Part shown: one piece after another, positions 1-13,456 of the stretch
Layout: each line of letters opens with the position of its first letter
How positions within the stretch are numbered: position 1 is the first letter of the stretch
Source: Eledone cirrhosa
Lineage: Eukaryota
Length of the DNA stretch: 64,000 nucleotides
NCBI GenBank assembly: GCA_964016885.1
Contig: OZ024740.1
Span: forward strand, 343,976,001-344,040,000
Direction: 5' to 3'
Notes under the pieces: generated by a model
What the model was told of the DNA's origin: nothing
Databases searched by the model: none
What the model saw: only the letters and a program-made list of their open reading frames with translations
Translations under genes and position numbers: made by a program

Positions 1-19
1 TTACGAATTATATCTAGCT

Positions 20-1801
20 ATGCCGGACTTGTTCCCCGATCTCCTCGAGGCGGTCTACTGCAACTGGCAACAGAACGGGAGAATTCCCTGTACTGTGACC
101 AAGGGCGTAGTCACGCTAGTGAGGAAGGACGAGAACAAGGGGGACGAAATAAGTAACTTCAGGCCCATAACTATGCTAAATACAGAGTTACAGATTTTGG
201 CCAAGGTGCTAGCAAAGAGGTTGGCGCTTGTCGTGGGCAACCTGGTGGGAGATGCGCAGACATGCGCTATCCCGTCCAGGTCCATCCATGACAACCTCCA
301 CCTCATGCGATACATCATAGAGAGGGTTGGGAACGAACCCGGCTTTGGTGGGGCTCTGATCAACTTGGATCAATCTAAGGCGTTCGATAGGGTCGACCAT
401 GGTTACCTGGATGCGGTGCTAGCGGCGGCAGGCTTCGGACCCGTTTTCAGGGGCTGGATCACTGCTATGCACAGCAGCCGCATCTGCTCTAGGGTCAAGG
501 TGAACGGCTACCTCTCGGAGCCGTTCAAAATCGCGAGGTCCATCCGACAAGGGTGCCCTCTCTCCTCCCTTCTGTATGTGTTGACTCTCGAGCCACTACT
601 GCGGAAGTTGGAGTTGTTGCAGGGCATCCCTTTGGAACCGGGATTGCGGAAAGCGGTGTCGGCCTACGCCGATGACGTGATAGTAATGGTGTCGACGGCC
701 TCCGAAATCGAGGCGGTCGGCACCTTACTGGAGGAGTACGAAAAGTTCACAGGGGCTAAGCTGAACCGGGACAAGTCGATCGGTTTGCAACTCGGCACGT
801 GGAGGGGCAGACCGATGCCCTCCGATGGCGTCGTCGGACGCTGGACGGAGGGCCCGGTGAAGTTGCTCGGGGTCTGGTTCGGACCGGACCTCCAGGTGGA
901 GAAAAACTGGGCGGAGGTTACGAACAGGGTGTTTGCACTGACCCAGAAGTGGGCCAGTTGCAAACTATCCCTGAAAGGTCGGGCGGAGGTGGCGAACACC
1001 TACATAGCGTCCGTCATCTACTACCGCCTGACCGTAGTGCCCTGCCCAAGGGAAACCCTCACCAAGATGGAGCGCGCGCTCTTCCAATTCCTTTGGAAGA
1101 GGCGGGCTCCTATGGTGAGGAGGTCCATCTGCTGTCAACACCCTTCGAAAGGAGGGCTGGGGATGCCGTGGCTAATGATGCGTAAACACGCATTAAGGCT
1201 ACGGCACCTCTACGTATTCCTCACCGGACAACCGGTGTGGGCCTCGTTTGTGAGACGAACCTTTCCCAGACTCGTCTCACTCACCGAGCTGCAATCCTGG
1301 GTCAAGCAAAGACCGAGAAAACTGGGCGCCTGGCACACTGAGTGTGCCCAGGCGCTCACCGCCCTCTGGCAGGCGGATCCGGTTATCAGTGGAGACTCCA
1401 CCGCAACATTCTATAGAGGGCTGGTACGCAGCAGGTGCGACGACGCCCTCGGAGAAGCCCTAGACATGGAGGATGACGAACTGGCCAGCCTGTTCGGTAG
1501 GACATTCAGCCCGGGACCTATGGACAACTTCCGGAAGTCCCTGGCCTGGCAGTGCTACCGAGGAGCTTTACCCGTTCGAGAAAGGCTCTACAGACACGGG
1601 CGCCCGGGTAGGGACCCCGCCAAAAAGATCTGTCCCAGATGCGTGTGCGACGAGGAAACCGTTGCACACGCATTGGTACACTGCTCGGGCGTAGCCGATC
1701 TGTGGGGCTATGTCGAACAACTGCTGTCAAGGGTGGGACCGATCCGGTTGACCACCGAGTCTATTGTAATGATCAAGCCGCCTCCCCCCATTCAAAGATG
1801 A
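20..1801 (+). CDS. LINE ORF2 reverse transcriptase plus C-terminal zinc-binding (zf-RVT-like) region; frame is open upstream of the listed start
   Basis: Motifs NFRPITMLN, LDQSKAFDRVDH, SIRQGCPLS, AYADD, LLGV, GGLG, CPRC..EET..HAL..C typical of L1/Tx1 ORF2. Confidence 0.92.
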   Translation: MPDLFPDLLEAVYCNWQQNGRIPCTVTKGVVTLVRKDENKGDEISNFRPITMLNTELQILAKVLAKRLALVVGNLVGDAQTCAIPSRSIHDNLHLMRYIIERVGNEPGFGGALINLDQSKAFDRVDHGYLDAVLAAAGFGPVFRGWITAMHSSRICSRVKVNGYLSEPFKIARSIRQGCPLSSLLYVLTLEPLLRKLELLQGIPLEPGLRKAVSAYADDVIVMVSTASEIEAVGTLLEEYEKFTGAKLNRDKSIGLQLGTWRGRPMPSDGVVGRWTEGPVKLLGVWFGPDLQVEKNWAEVTNRVFALTQKWASCKLSLKGRAEVANTYIASVIYYRLTVVPCPRETLTKMERALFQFLWKRRAPMVRRSICCQHPSKGGLGMPWLMMRKHALRLRHLYVFLTGQPVWASFVRRTFPRLVSLTELQSWVKQRPRKLGAWHTECAQALTALWQADPVISGDSTATFYRGLVRSRCDDALGEALDMEDDELASLFGRTFSPGPMDNFRKSLAWQCYRGALPVRERLYRHGRPGRDPAKKICPRCVCDEETVAHALVHCSGVADLWGYVEQLLSRVGPIRLTTESIVMIKPPPPIQR

Positions 1802-2048
1802 AGCAGAGGCGGTGTTTCTGTGCGTAATAGCTATGGCGAAAGAGGTTGTATGGTGGACGCGTCTGAAAGGACTGAGGTCAGGCACCTTTCTCTCTGGCCA
1901 ACAACTGGTCCGTTTCTTCCGATATCATTTCGGAAGAAGGATCAGGATGGAGAGAGAGGTGCTGCACCCCAGTCGTTTTTATGAAAGGTGGGTGAAAGTG
2001 GCGAGAATGGCCCGTGTGAATGGGCCTTCTCTTTACATAAGCCTGTAG
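1790..2048 (+). pseudogene. Frameshifted C-terminal continuation of the Tx1 ORF2
   Basis: After the C-run near 1784-1789 another frame reads EAVFLCVIAMAKEVVWWTRLKG...RW, matching the typical Tx1 ORF2 C-terminus. Confidence 0.75.
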
Positions 2049-5000
2049 GTGGAAAAGAGGAAGGAACGAGGGAGCACCCCCTCTCTGTGCTCCTGAGGAA
2101 AAGGGTTGCACACTTTTTTCGGGGGTGTGTGCGACCCCCCAAGGCGCCTCCTCTCTATTGAGGATTTTGTTATAAATTTTATTTTTTGTTATATTTTATA
2201 ACAAAATCCTCTATTGAGGATTTTGTTATAATTCTATTTTTTGTTATATTTTATTTTATTTTTATATATTGTTATTGCCTCCTCCCTATTGAGGACGCCT
2301 TGTTTTGTAAACTCCCCCCATTGTACTTGTCCCACTTTTGATGCCCTTGTGGCAAATAAAAGAAACATATCTATCTATCTTCCACTTTCACTCGACCTCT
2401 CTCCGATAGTTCCTGATCTGCTTGCAAATAAGGTAATAGTTGATCAGTACCCTAAAACAGGCACCGTTAATGGGGTATATTGTACAACATATGAGAACAA
2501 AATACACAAGTATGGACTAAAGAGGCAGTGTCACTCTTCCTGCGATTCATTCAAATCCGGCTCTACTATATGAAAAAATAAAAGCACAGCACAGTAGACG
2601 ATGTTGTCATCAATATCTCCTAAAGCTGGGATTGTCATGACTGGAAAGTATTTGGTCATAGACCTGGAGCTAAGCAAAAAGACAAGATTGTATTACATTA
2701 GTTTAATGATACCGTTGTGACCTTGTGTTAGCGTTATATTTCTCAATCTTTATTATGTATTTTCTAATCTGCAGTACTGCCTGGAATATGAAGTAGAAGA
2801 ATGTTCCAGTTCAGGAACCAGATTCATTAATTAATCGCCTTTATCTGTTGATGTTTAGTACGAAGACTGCCTGCAAAATGTAGGCTTATTTCGAAGACAT
2901 GTTCCAGCCTTAATTAGACAGCTTTTATTTTTCATTACATGGGATAATCCTGTTTTAAAAAGAGTAATGTGTGATGTGAAGAGATATCGCAGCTATTTCT
3001 AGCAGACCAAGTGATCATTGGACGTCGGTGCTAGAATCTCGATCTTTGCTGTTCATGTTAATAAAACAATGAAGAAGTAGGTAATATGCCGGGTTGAAAA
3101 ATCGTGAACAAATCGTTATATCGAATCATCAGATCAGAAGTAACATAATTTGTGTGTCATATAAAGGTATTAGATATGCTGTGTTGTGTGTTGTATATAT
3201 TATCATTCTTCTTCCTTTCGTATGAGGCAGTAGTCACGTGATATCCCCCTAGCTACTGCAATCAGCTCTCGGTAGGGGCATTAAGGTTCGTAAGGTCCGC
3301 GCACTCCGGTGCGCGGAGATCTGGACTCATTCAGTATATATCCTGTAGTCTGCACTGGCGAACCTCATTGGCAAGCTACTGATGACTACAGTCTCAACTG
3401 GTGCGTAGCTTCAGAGAATCGGCCGACACCTGTTCGTAGACGTTTCAGCGACATCGAATCAGAGAGGGTTTAGCACCTGGGGGGAGGGTTGTATCCGATT
3501 GACATTTAGTTGGGCCTTTCGAGATATCCGTTGCTAGCTAGATCTCCACCTATGAAGTAATTTGAAGTTTGAGTTTCGCAGCTTCGCTGCATGACGAGAC
3601 TGTGGGTGACATGACATCAAGCGGTGTTGATCTAGTAGTTGAAAAGCTTTAGACATTCTATGAAGTGTATGAATTGGGAATATTGAAGCCTTGGTTATCA
3701 ACCTGTGTGTATGTGATACTCTCTACGAAATGGTGCTGTTGCAATGCCTGAGAACACAGGTAAATATTCAGATGCTGCATGACGGGGTTAACCAGTGATG
3801 AGCCGTAAGGTGTTGTGCAAGGCTGTATCCATATTCTTAGGATAGGAGCTCCTGCACCATACATGAGTCCTTTACTAATTTAAGTCATACATGATTTTAA
3901 AGGATGCAGTCAGTTATAACCAGGCTGATACTTCTCCTATATATATAAGGTGATGAATTGGCGGAGTCGTTAGAGTGTTGGTTAGAATGCTTCACAATTT
4001 TGCGTTTGTTCTGAATATTTTTTTCTATTTTCTCCTCTCATCGAACTCAATCCTTTACACCTATCTAAATCTACGTTGCGGTCTGGTTCATCTGCACCTG
4101 TAGGAACGTCATATCTTGCATTAAAGTACATGAATGTGGCTCAACATCTATACAGCTGAGACTGGTAGAAAATTACCGCGTGCTTCATAAGCACCACCAA
4201 GAAATCTGATTAACAATCCTGTGTTACACATCATCTGTCATTTCTGTTCACCTAACCATACAACTCTCAGCCTCATATCATAATTTTCCAATATTTTGGT
4301 TCCAATCTAAGCAAAAATTTCCCTTCCGCCTCGAAGCCACTCAGTCTGTGAGTTAAATAAACTTTTCGTGTTTCAGCTTTCCTTCCTTTAGCAACATTTA
4401 TCCACACAAATTCCTATACACACAGACGCACACGCTCACCTACACACTCAAACACACAAGCATATAGACAACATCATTCCCTGTTACAACAGCATACCAC
4501 ATCACCATTTTTAGCTAAACTTATCACACACTACCAGAGTTTGAACTCATACACATGTACCGACACAGCACAGCTCACCCTGCACATGCATACACATCCT
4601 TTTGTTTTTTTGTTTTTTTTGCTAACCCCAAACAAGGCAATGCAGCCACTAAAATGCAAAGGGTTACTGAGAAGGGACAAGGAAAATACAGAGAATATAA
4701 TTTAAGGAGAGAGATGATAATTAATGTTACTTTTGAATTTTGCAACAGGTCAGCTTAAATCAATGATTCATCTGGTTTTCTTTGAAGAAGGACAAACTTC
4801 CCGAACATATAGCATCTCTCCACCGTAAAACCTCCACTATAACTGGTTTTTCAGTTTTAGGTTTGTTTGTTTTATTTTTGAGATGCTTCTTGGATTTTTC
4901 ACAACCTTGACTCACAACATGGTCCTCTTTTTATCAGATTTCACTGAAACTACAATTAACATTCTTTTAATGTAATATGACTGTACAGCTATGACAAGGT

Positions 5001-5081
5001 AACATTGAAGAACAGTAGGCCACCTTCAAAGAACATTTTTAACAGTCTGCTTCAGAAAATGTTGGAAATATACGTAATTAT

Positions 5082-5283
5082 AATAATTTTTACTTTAGGC
5101 ACATCACCAGCAATTTTGAGGAGGGGAGAGACGATTAAATCGACCTCAGTGTACAACTGGTACTTTATTTTATCGACTCCGTAAGGATGAAATACAAAGT
5201 TAACCTCTACAGGATTTAAAGGTAAAAGGGACGTAACTATATGCCGCAAAATATGGTGTCCGGCGCTCTACCGATTCTGCTCA
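5082..5283 (-). mobile_element. tRNA-type SINE, diverged copy
   Basis: Matches window SINE core (rc of CTTTCATCCTTACGGGGTCGATAAAATAAAGTACCAGT) and head GGCAGAATCGGTAGAGCG. Confidence 0.8.
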
Positions 5284-6035
5284 TGCTACTTGCTGATTAG
5301 AAGCCGTTAGTCAGTCTTCACTAGAGGGATTCATCGTCAACAGATAAGATAGCCTTACGTCTTAAGTAAAGCTAGGAGAGACACAATGCAAGTGATATCC
5401 AAACTATGTAAACAAGTGGGATTTGAAGAGATTCTACAATGTACAGATGACATCTACTGTCCACTGTCTTCTGGGTCATCTCTCCTTTTTAGCATTGACG
5501 ACCGATTGGATAATGTCGAGAAGCGTGATAACCAGCTCAAGTGGTCAGCTTCAATCAATGGTCATGCTATTGTTTATACGCAATAGGTAGATTTGAACCA
5601 CGATTTTGACCTTCCAGCTATACACACAGAAGCATATATATATGTGTACATGATTGCATACATTCTTACATAATACATACATACCCACGCCTTAAATAAA
5701 TATATATATGCGAAACAGACAAACAGATAGACGGTCAGGCAGACGGATGCTTCCAGGCAGACAGGCATACAGATGTACACATAAGGTGAATCCATGTGTG
5801 TGACTATCTTCTGTGGATGTAGAAATAATTTGTTTTTACGCCGAAATAAAGAAGAAACAATCAGAAATTGAAAGAAAATACAGAAGGGGAGAAAGTAATA
5901 ACGAGAAAGAAAAAAAAATGAGAGAAAATGAACAAAATAAAGTGAGAATTTCTATATGAGCGAAAGGTAAAATAAGGGAGAAGCTGGGAAGAAATGGTAA
6001 TAGTTCTGTAAAAGAAAGCAAACTACGAAACAAAC

Positions 6036-6074
6036 CACACACACACACACACACACACATATACATATACAACA

Positions 6075-6165
<91 letters not shown>
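6036..6165. repeat. Compound (CA)n/(TA)n microsatellite, representative of dozens in the window
   Basis: Direct reading. Confidence 0.98.
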
Positions 6166-6173
<8 letters not shown>

Positions 6174-7154
6174 GAACTCATACCCAGGCAGCCACCGACA
6201 CACAAACACTCACACACACACAGACGCAGACGGAAATACACTGTCACACACATACTTACACACAGAGACTATTACAAAATAAAACAACAAAATAGCAAAT
6301 AAATACATAAAAGACTAAATGAAATATATTAACAACATCCCACCATGAAAAAAATATGTATAAAAAAAGCACACCAAAATCTCCCAAAATAAACCAAAGC
6401 GAAACATAGCTGGAGGAAAGTATGGAGGATAATAATGGAAATATTTTATGAAAGAACATTAGAAAGAAAATCAGTAGTAGCAGACGACCAAAAACAAAAA
6501 CAAAAAAAGAAAACAAAGAGAAAGAATATGAAAAAAAAAAAAACGAGAAGAAAATAGTTCAGTTATCAGATATAGAAAGTAACTGATTGGAAAGATAAGA
6601 AAAATGGACGATTCTTTGGCGAGTTGTGACGTACTGGAAAAAGAATCGATGTGAAGAGAATCTTCTGAATAAATATCTGAAACGGGGGAAAAACCGACTA
6701 AGATCTTACCTTATCTCAAACCGAAATCTTTTCTTTCTGTCTGTCATTTGTAATGTTTTCTATTTGTATTTATTTGTTGTCATTTTATTTACCTTTTTAT
6801 ATTTTATATTTCATTCCTATAATTTATTTTATTATTATATTTCCCCTTTACTCTCTCTCACACACACATATGTATGTATGTGTGAGTGCGAGCAATATAT
6901 AATTATTGTTCTTGTTACTATTGTGAGTATATTTGTTGTGGATGAATCTTTCTATCTTTCTATCTATCTATCTATCTATCTACCTATCTATATTATATCA
7001 ATCCGTCTCTCTCTCTCTGCTTATCTGCCTGTCTCTGTCTGTGTGCCTCTCTGTCAGTCCGTTAGTGTATTTGTCTGCCTGTCTGTCTAAATACCTTTCT
7101 AACCATATATATACTTACCTATTTGTCTCTCCATCCATCTATCCAGTTATCTTT

Positions 7155-7225
<71 letters not shown>

Positions 7226-7794
7226 ATATTTGTGTGTGTATTATGTATGCATGTATGTATGTGTGTGTATGTATGTATGTGTGTGTGTATGTATGTATAT
7301 ATGTATGTATGTGTGTGTGTATGTGTAGGGAGAGAGAGAATATAGATAAATTAGCGTGTGTACCTGTTTCTATGAGTGTGCATTTGTCTTTTGTTTTCGC
7401 ACCATCACACGATATTGTTCTGTACACACATTTGATGGATCTGTATAGTGTCTTGTATTCAGTATCTTGTGCATATGTATGGGTTCGTGGTGTTTAGAAT
7501 CTGAAGGAAATTGAAGGTCAGGTGGTGTCTCATAGAATCCTTGAACACACACTGTTTTGTCATCCGTTCATTTACCCAGATTTCTTTCAATAGAACAATG
7601 ACCACAAAGTCACACAGAATATAACAAAAGGTAATTCGTAATCAGAACTGGGTCGTAGATTCAGTTCGCCAAAAGCGTATCTCTTCTCTTGTTTTTTACA
7701 TTTCCAAATACATACGTTCTTAGCACACGTTCTTCTCCCTCTCATCCGTACTTCTATTACAACCATTATAAGTACAACCAATAAATATATGAAC

Positions 7795-7985
7795 ACACAA
7801 GGACATGGTCATGTATTTTAGAGAAAGGGTTAGTTGATTAGATCGATCCCAATACTTGATTTGTTTTTCACTATTTTGATGACGGAAAATGGAAGGCAAA
7901 TTGACCTTGGAAGGATTTGAACTCAAAACAAATAACGCATAGCATTTCCACTAACGCTCTAACGATTCTGCCAACCCAGCGCCCA
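7795..7985 (-). mobile_element. Old diverged SINE copy
   Basis: GGCAAATTGACCTTGGAAGGATTTGAACTCA and CGATTCTGCCAA match the SINE family. Confidence 0.65.
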
Positions 7986-8199
7986 ACCACTGCAACTAAT
8001 CATGATAATTTCTGCCTGGTTTAAGAGTAAATCTTTATATTTGAGATAGAAAACAGTCGATAAAATCGACCATCTGTAGATGATTGGTATCGAATTATTC
8101 GACGCAGGAAAAATGAAAGATGGAATCGATCTTGGTGGTATAACCAAAACATAAATATATATAATGATATACGACGAAGCTTTTTCTTGTGCGTTTTAC

Positions 8200-8345
8200 T
8201 GATTGGCAGAATTCTTTAAGCGTGAGACAAAATGTTTGCCTATTTAGTTACCGCTCTTTCAGTTTGAGTTCAAATGTTGAGGTCAACTTTGCCTTTTATC
8301 CATCTAGGTCCATGAAATAAAGTACTGTCAACTACTGTAATCGAT
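8200..8345 (+). mobile_element. Old diverged SINE copy
   Basis: GATTGGCAGAAT...GAGTTCAAAT..GAGGTCAACTTTGCCTTT...AATAAAGTAC. Confidence 0.65.
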
Positions 8346-10609
8346 TTAATATTCCTATAAATCATCCTGGATATGAGGAAAATTGTACGAGAGGAACATT
8401 CTATTGTCTATCTCTCTTTATTTGCTGTCAAGAACACTTTCATACATACAATATAGAAAGAAAATGCAGACGTGGGCGTTATAATTCGATTGTATATCGG
8501 TAACACAAAGTGATAACACAAGGGGTAGACAAGGTTTGTAAACTGTGATATAGTTTAAAGAAAACAATAAATATATGATTATAATTAAAAAAAGATATGA
8601 TATAAACTCATGAAACTTAAATTGGGTAATCCAAGCATACAAGTTTGAGAACCCACCATTTCTTCGAGTCCAAGTATTCCACGAATCTGCCCGCCTGCCT
8701 CATTTTATACTGAACCCAGCTGCACTCAAAGGTGACCGTGATTATTTATTTTCTTTAACCATGCGAAAAACTCTCGAACATAAAACATGATTCTGTTTTA
8801 TACTATTGTAAATTATAGATGTGATGGTCATCGACAACCGATAAATCGGCTCCAATTCCTCCCACTCGTAGAGCTTATTGTCATTATCTATGCTGTGGTA
8901 GTTCCACTGTCATATCAAAAATACACCACTCATTCCCAGGACCGTGGATCTCGTACTCTTTGTGGGGTGGGTCCAATCGGCATCACTGTTCTGTTATTTG
9001 TTCTCATATTTACTTTAATCGAATGTCAGTTCTCTTCAGTCTGCAACAGTTCCTCAATCATGCAAGTAAGTGGGATGATACTATTATTGAGTGGTGTGTG
9101 ACTTGCTTCTTCACTCTCCACTTATGAGAATGATGATAGGGTAATCTCTTCTCCCATTTCCAGAGTTCCCTTAAGCTGTGCTATTAGAACAGTAGCCGTC
9201 GGTACCTGATGCTGTGGGTCCTTGTTTATTTCTACTAATGTAATAGAATTTTGCTTGGACAATTTTCCTTTTTTCTTCATATTATTTATTTCCAAAATTA
9301 AAGTCGGTTCGATCGGAGCGATTTCCCTAATTAAAGTCCGTTCAATAATGCTGTTTTTTAGGCACAGATCAGCTCTATGGAGAAGACCTATGATGAAAAG
9401 TATTACAACCGGAATCATATTGTTCTTTTGGGGATACCGAATATTATATTTTTACACGATAAAATGTAAAATGTGTACCGTATGTGTGCTATTTCTAACA
9501 TTTGTTCGGCTATATAAACAGTTCTCTGATTAAAACACATTCAAGGATACTGTAAGAATTGAATTTTCTTAGTTTTCACCTTATTCCTTCACTGTATTAC
9601 ATTTTTTAAAGTAGTTTTTGTGAAATTATCCTTCAGACTTTGCTCTGAATTTCCTGTAATCATAACATCAAATGAGATACATTGCAATATTAAATCTCAA
9701 AGGCGTTAATATGATTATATATTTTACAACTATAAAACTTATCTTTAGAGATAATATTTTTAGCTTATCTATATTGGTCTTTCAGTAAGTACAGTAATAT
9801 TGAACTTATATCACGTCTAGTCTTACTGATTGAGGTATCAGCAAACGTTATATGTACTTTTTTAACTTTTAGTTTTCGAGCGATCAAATATAATGTAGGG
9901 TTCTCTTTAGCGATACTAAATCACGAAAGTGCGACACATAAACATCGAGAGCTATAGTACTTCATATAGATATTAAAGCTGACATTAACAAAACCAATAA
10001 CAAATCCACCTCTTCCACATTTTACCAAATTTGATTGAGATTCTGTAGTTATATGTTTTCAATAAAAATGTTAACATATCCACATTTTTTTTAACAGTGG
10101 CAACATTTTTGTTATCAATAAACATAACAGAAAATCACTGGGAAATCCAAGCAGAATTTGGAACATTAATGGAAAGGTAGTATCAACTGTGTTAGCACAT
10201 CTCAGAAAGATAGTAAAGGAAATGGACTCTACCACATTATATTCATATTGTTATCTTTAGCCAATGTCCAAGGGTGCTACCGGAAAGTACGTACCTTCTT
10301 AGGAAATGAAAAATTAATGTAAATAAACAGCAGGCCTTTAAAAATATGCATCACGGTGTTCCGCACGTGTGCACTTGCATACTCATAAAAAATTCACAAA
10401 CACATATATCCGTGCAGATAGAGATGCATGTAATACATTCAGATGGAGATGTAGAGGAACGCAAATGCACGTTCACCGATACACACAAATATATACATAG
10501 ACATTATATTAACTATGGAAATACGATGGTGTAATGAAAATGAAAATGAAAATGAAAATGAAGAAGAACTAAAAAAGATGATCATAATCTTGGGAGGAAG
10601 AGTAGATTT

Positions 10610-11330
10610 GTTCTCCTTGCTGTACTTACTCTTTATACTTGCTCTCCATGCTGTCTTTCTCTCTTTGCTCTATTTACCCTTTTTGCTCTCCTAAAATTCC
10701 TCACTCTCTTTACACTCATCTCTCTCCTTATTCTCCTTTGTCTCCTGCTCTCCTTGCTCTCCTTGCTATCATGCTTACATGCTCTCCTTGCTATCCTTTC
10801 TCTCATGCTCACATGCTCTCCTTGCTCTCCTTGCTCTCATGCACTCCTTGCCCTCCTTATTCTCTTTACTCTCTTCGGTCCTTTCCCTCCTCTGTTCACT
10901 CACCTTTCTCCGATCTTACTCTTTTCCTTTTTTTCACTTTTAACCTCTTCTCCCTCTTTTCTTTCTCGTTTCTATCCCCCTAAATTTCCCCCGCTTTCAT
11001 ACGCGTCTTTCCGTCTTATACCTATCTTTGCTCTCTTTGTTCTTCTTACTCTCTTTGTTTTCCACTTTCCGTTTTATTTTCCTTCTCTACTTAGTCTGCA
11101 TTCTCCTTGCTCTCTTTCTTGTTTTCTTTGCTCTCTCTCTCATTGCTCATCTAGTTCACCTTGCTCTCCTTACTCTCCTTGCTCGCCTTACTCTCCTTAC
11201 TCTCCTTACTCTCCTTGCTCTTCTTGTTCTCCTTACTCCCCTTGTTCCCCTCCTTGTTCCCTTTACCCCCTTTGCTCGCCTCCTTGTTCTCATTGCTTTC
11301 CTCCCTGCTCTCCTTCTCTTTGCTCTTCTA
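10610..11330. repeat. Pyrimidine-rich degenerate 9-mer minisatellite (TCTCCTTRC)n
   Basis: tctccttgc/tctccttac units repeated, clearest at 11155-11290. Confidence 0.85.
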
Positions 11331-11433
11331 AATTCTAACATAAAAGCAAACCATCAACGAGAAGAACTAATATATATATACATACATACACGAACGCACA
11401 CACACACACGCACGCATACACACGCACGCACAT

Positions 11434-11773
<340 letters not shown>

Positions 11774-12087
11774 AAGAATAAAAAAAAAATTTTGCTCTAC
11801 ATGGCTGAATACAATATATGTGATCAGAGTTATTCGAATATTAATAATAACATTCGATTCGTTTGCAAACAAGCCTCATTTTTAAAGCCATATCAGTAGA
11901 ATGAACCCTTCATTCTTGCTCTTGTGTTGCCATGTAAACAGAACTTTAAACATGGCTTTAAAAATGAGGCCTATTTGCATGATTGCAAAAGGATCGAATG
12001 CTATTATTAATATTCGAAAAACTATATATATATGTGTGTATATATATATATAATACATATATATATATACACACATATATATATTAT

Positions 12088-12726
12088 GTCAGGTCACCAG
12101 TTGGTGCTACTGGTAACATGTATCCCAGTACAACCTGTCTCATGGTCGGGTCGTTGGCGACTAAACTGGCAACCCCACCAAGGTTTCTTGGTGAGGAGGG
12201 TGACTTTGGACATCCTGCAGGACTAAAAACAAAACCTGTCAAAGGCCAAAGGAGCTCTTAAGAGTCAATGGCCATCCAAAATCACCGGGAGAGATGACCC
12301 CTTTAGCCTTAGTCAAGGCAGAATTCTAGGAGAAGGAAAACTCTGATATAACACCTGCAACCCTGATGGTATCCAATGATGTTGACTTGTTCTTCTTTTT
12401 GGTAAATAGCATCTTGGTTAAGAGAGTGGGACTGGCTTTGTGCAGTGCCTTTGCTCACTATAAAAGCTTCACGGCACAGGCATTGCTTTATATCTGGAGA
12501 TCTCTCTGCACTTGTCCTCACATGGGCCCAGCACTATGTGTCAATAATTGTCCTACCATGGGCCTAGCACTATGTGTCAATAATTGTCACAGGTGTAGTG
12601 TTTGTACCAGAGGTTTCAAGTCGCTGGCTGGACTAAAAAGTCACACTCGTTCAGCGCTTCGGTAGGGGTTATCCTACATGGATGTAAAGTAGTGGCCGTA
12701 CTCGAAAACGAGTTGGCAGCCACCAA
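12088..12726 (+). mobile_element. Non-autonomous RTE-like derivative (5' UTR plus extreme 3' end)
   Basis: 5' part homologous to 58823-59160 incl. CTAGGAGAAGGAAAACTCTGA; 3' part encodes [17 protein letters not shown] (terminal zinc finger typical of RTE ORFs); tail shared with 38135-38182; flanked by (TA)n. Confidence 0.6.
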
Positions 12727-12750
12727 TACATATATATATATATATATATA

Positions 12751-12972
<222 letters not shown>

Positions 12973-13041
12973 TTAAAATTAAAGTTTAAGCAATTGAAGG
13001 TATATATTAGGTTAACGCTTGATATAGCAGGACGAGGGTCT

Positions 13042-13070
13042 TAACGTTTCGGACGCTAGTCCTTCATCAG
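13042..13070 (-). ncRNA. Minimal type I hammerhead ribozyme (family A)
   Basis: rc reads CTGATGA A GGAC tagc GTCC GAAACGTTA; palindromic AACGTT; stem I weak. Confidence 0.75.
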
Positions 13071-13338
13071 GAAAAACAATTAGAAATAAAATAGATTGAG
13101 GGGACGGGCGGGATGGAATTGGAAGAAATGTCTTTAGATAAAAATAACAGGTCCATTCATGTTGACATCTCTTGCAAAATTGTTGGTGCTGGCGTTTATA
13201 TATATATATGTATATATATACACCAACAATTTTGCAAGAGATGACAACATGAATGGACCTGTTATTTTTATCTAAAGACATTTCTTCCAATTCCATCCCG
13301 CCCGTCCCCTCAATCTATTTTATTTCTAATTCTTTTTC

Positions 13339-13367
13339 CTGATGAAGGACTAGCGTCCGAAACGTTA
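13339..13367 (+). ncRNA. Minimal type I hammerhead ribozyme (family A)
   Basis: CTGATGA A GGAC tagc GTCC GAAACGTTA; stem I weak. Confidence 0.75.
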
Positions 13368-13456
13368 AGACCCTCGTCCTGCTATATCAAGCGTTAACCT
13401 AATATATACCTTCCATTGCTTAAACTTTAATTTTAATAATTATATATATATATATA

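Larger units (their letters stand above)
1..2380 (+). mobile_element. Tx1/L1-clade non-LTR retrotransposon, 3' part (runs off window start) with 3' UTR and (TATC)n tail
   Basis: GC-rich block with RT ORF, AT-rich 3' UTR, terminal CCCTTGTGGCAAATAAAAGAAAC (2344-2366) then atatctatctatct. Confidence 0.9.

Noticed and set aside
3240-3900. Moderately GC-rich stretch with CTGATGA at ~3379
   Set aside because: No GAAA or stems; no protein motif I can support; perhaps an old TE relic
5836-7497. Many ORFs rich in YI/CV/HT/LS dipeptides (here and throughout)
   Set aside because: Translations of (TA)n, (CA)n and (GA)n microsatellites
8640-9530. Cluster of ~100-aa ORFs, possible transposase relic
   Set aside because: No recognisable motif
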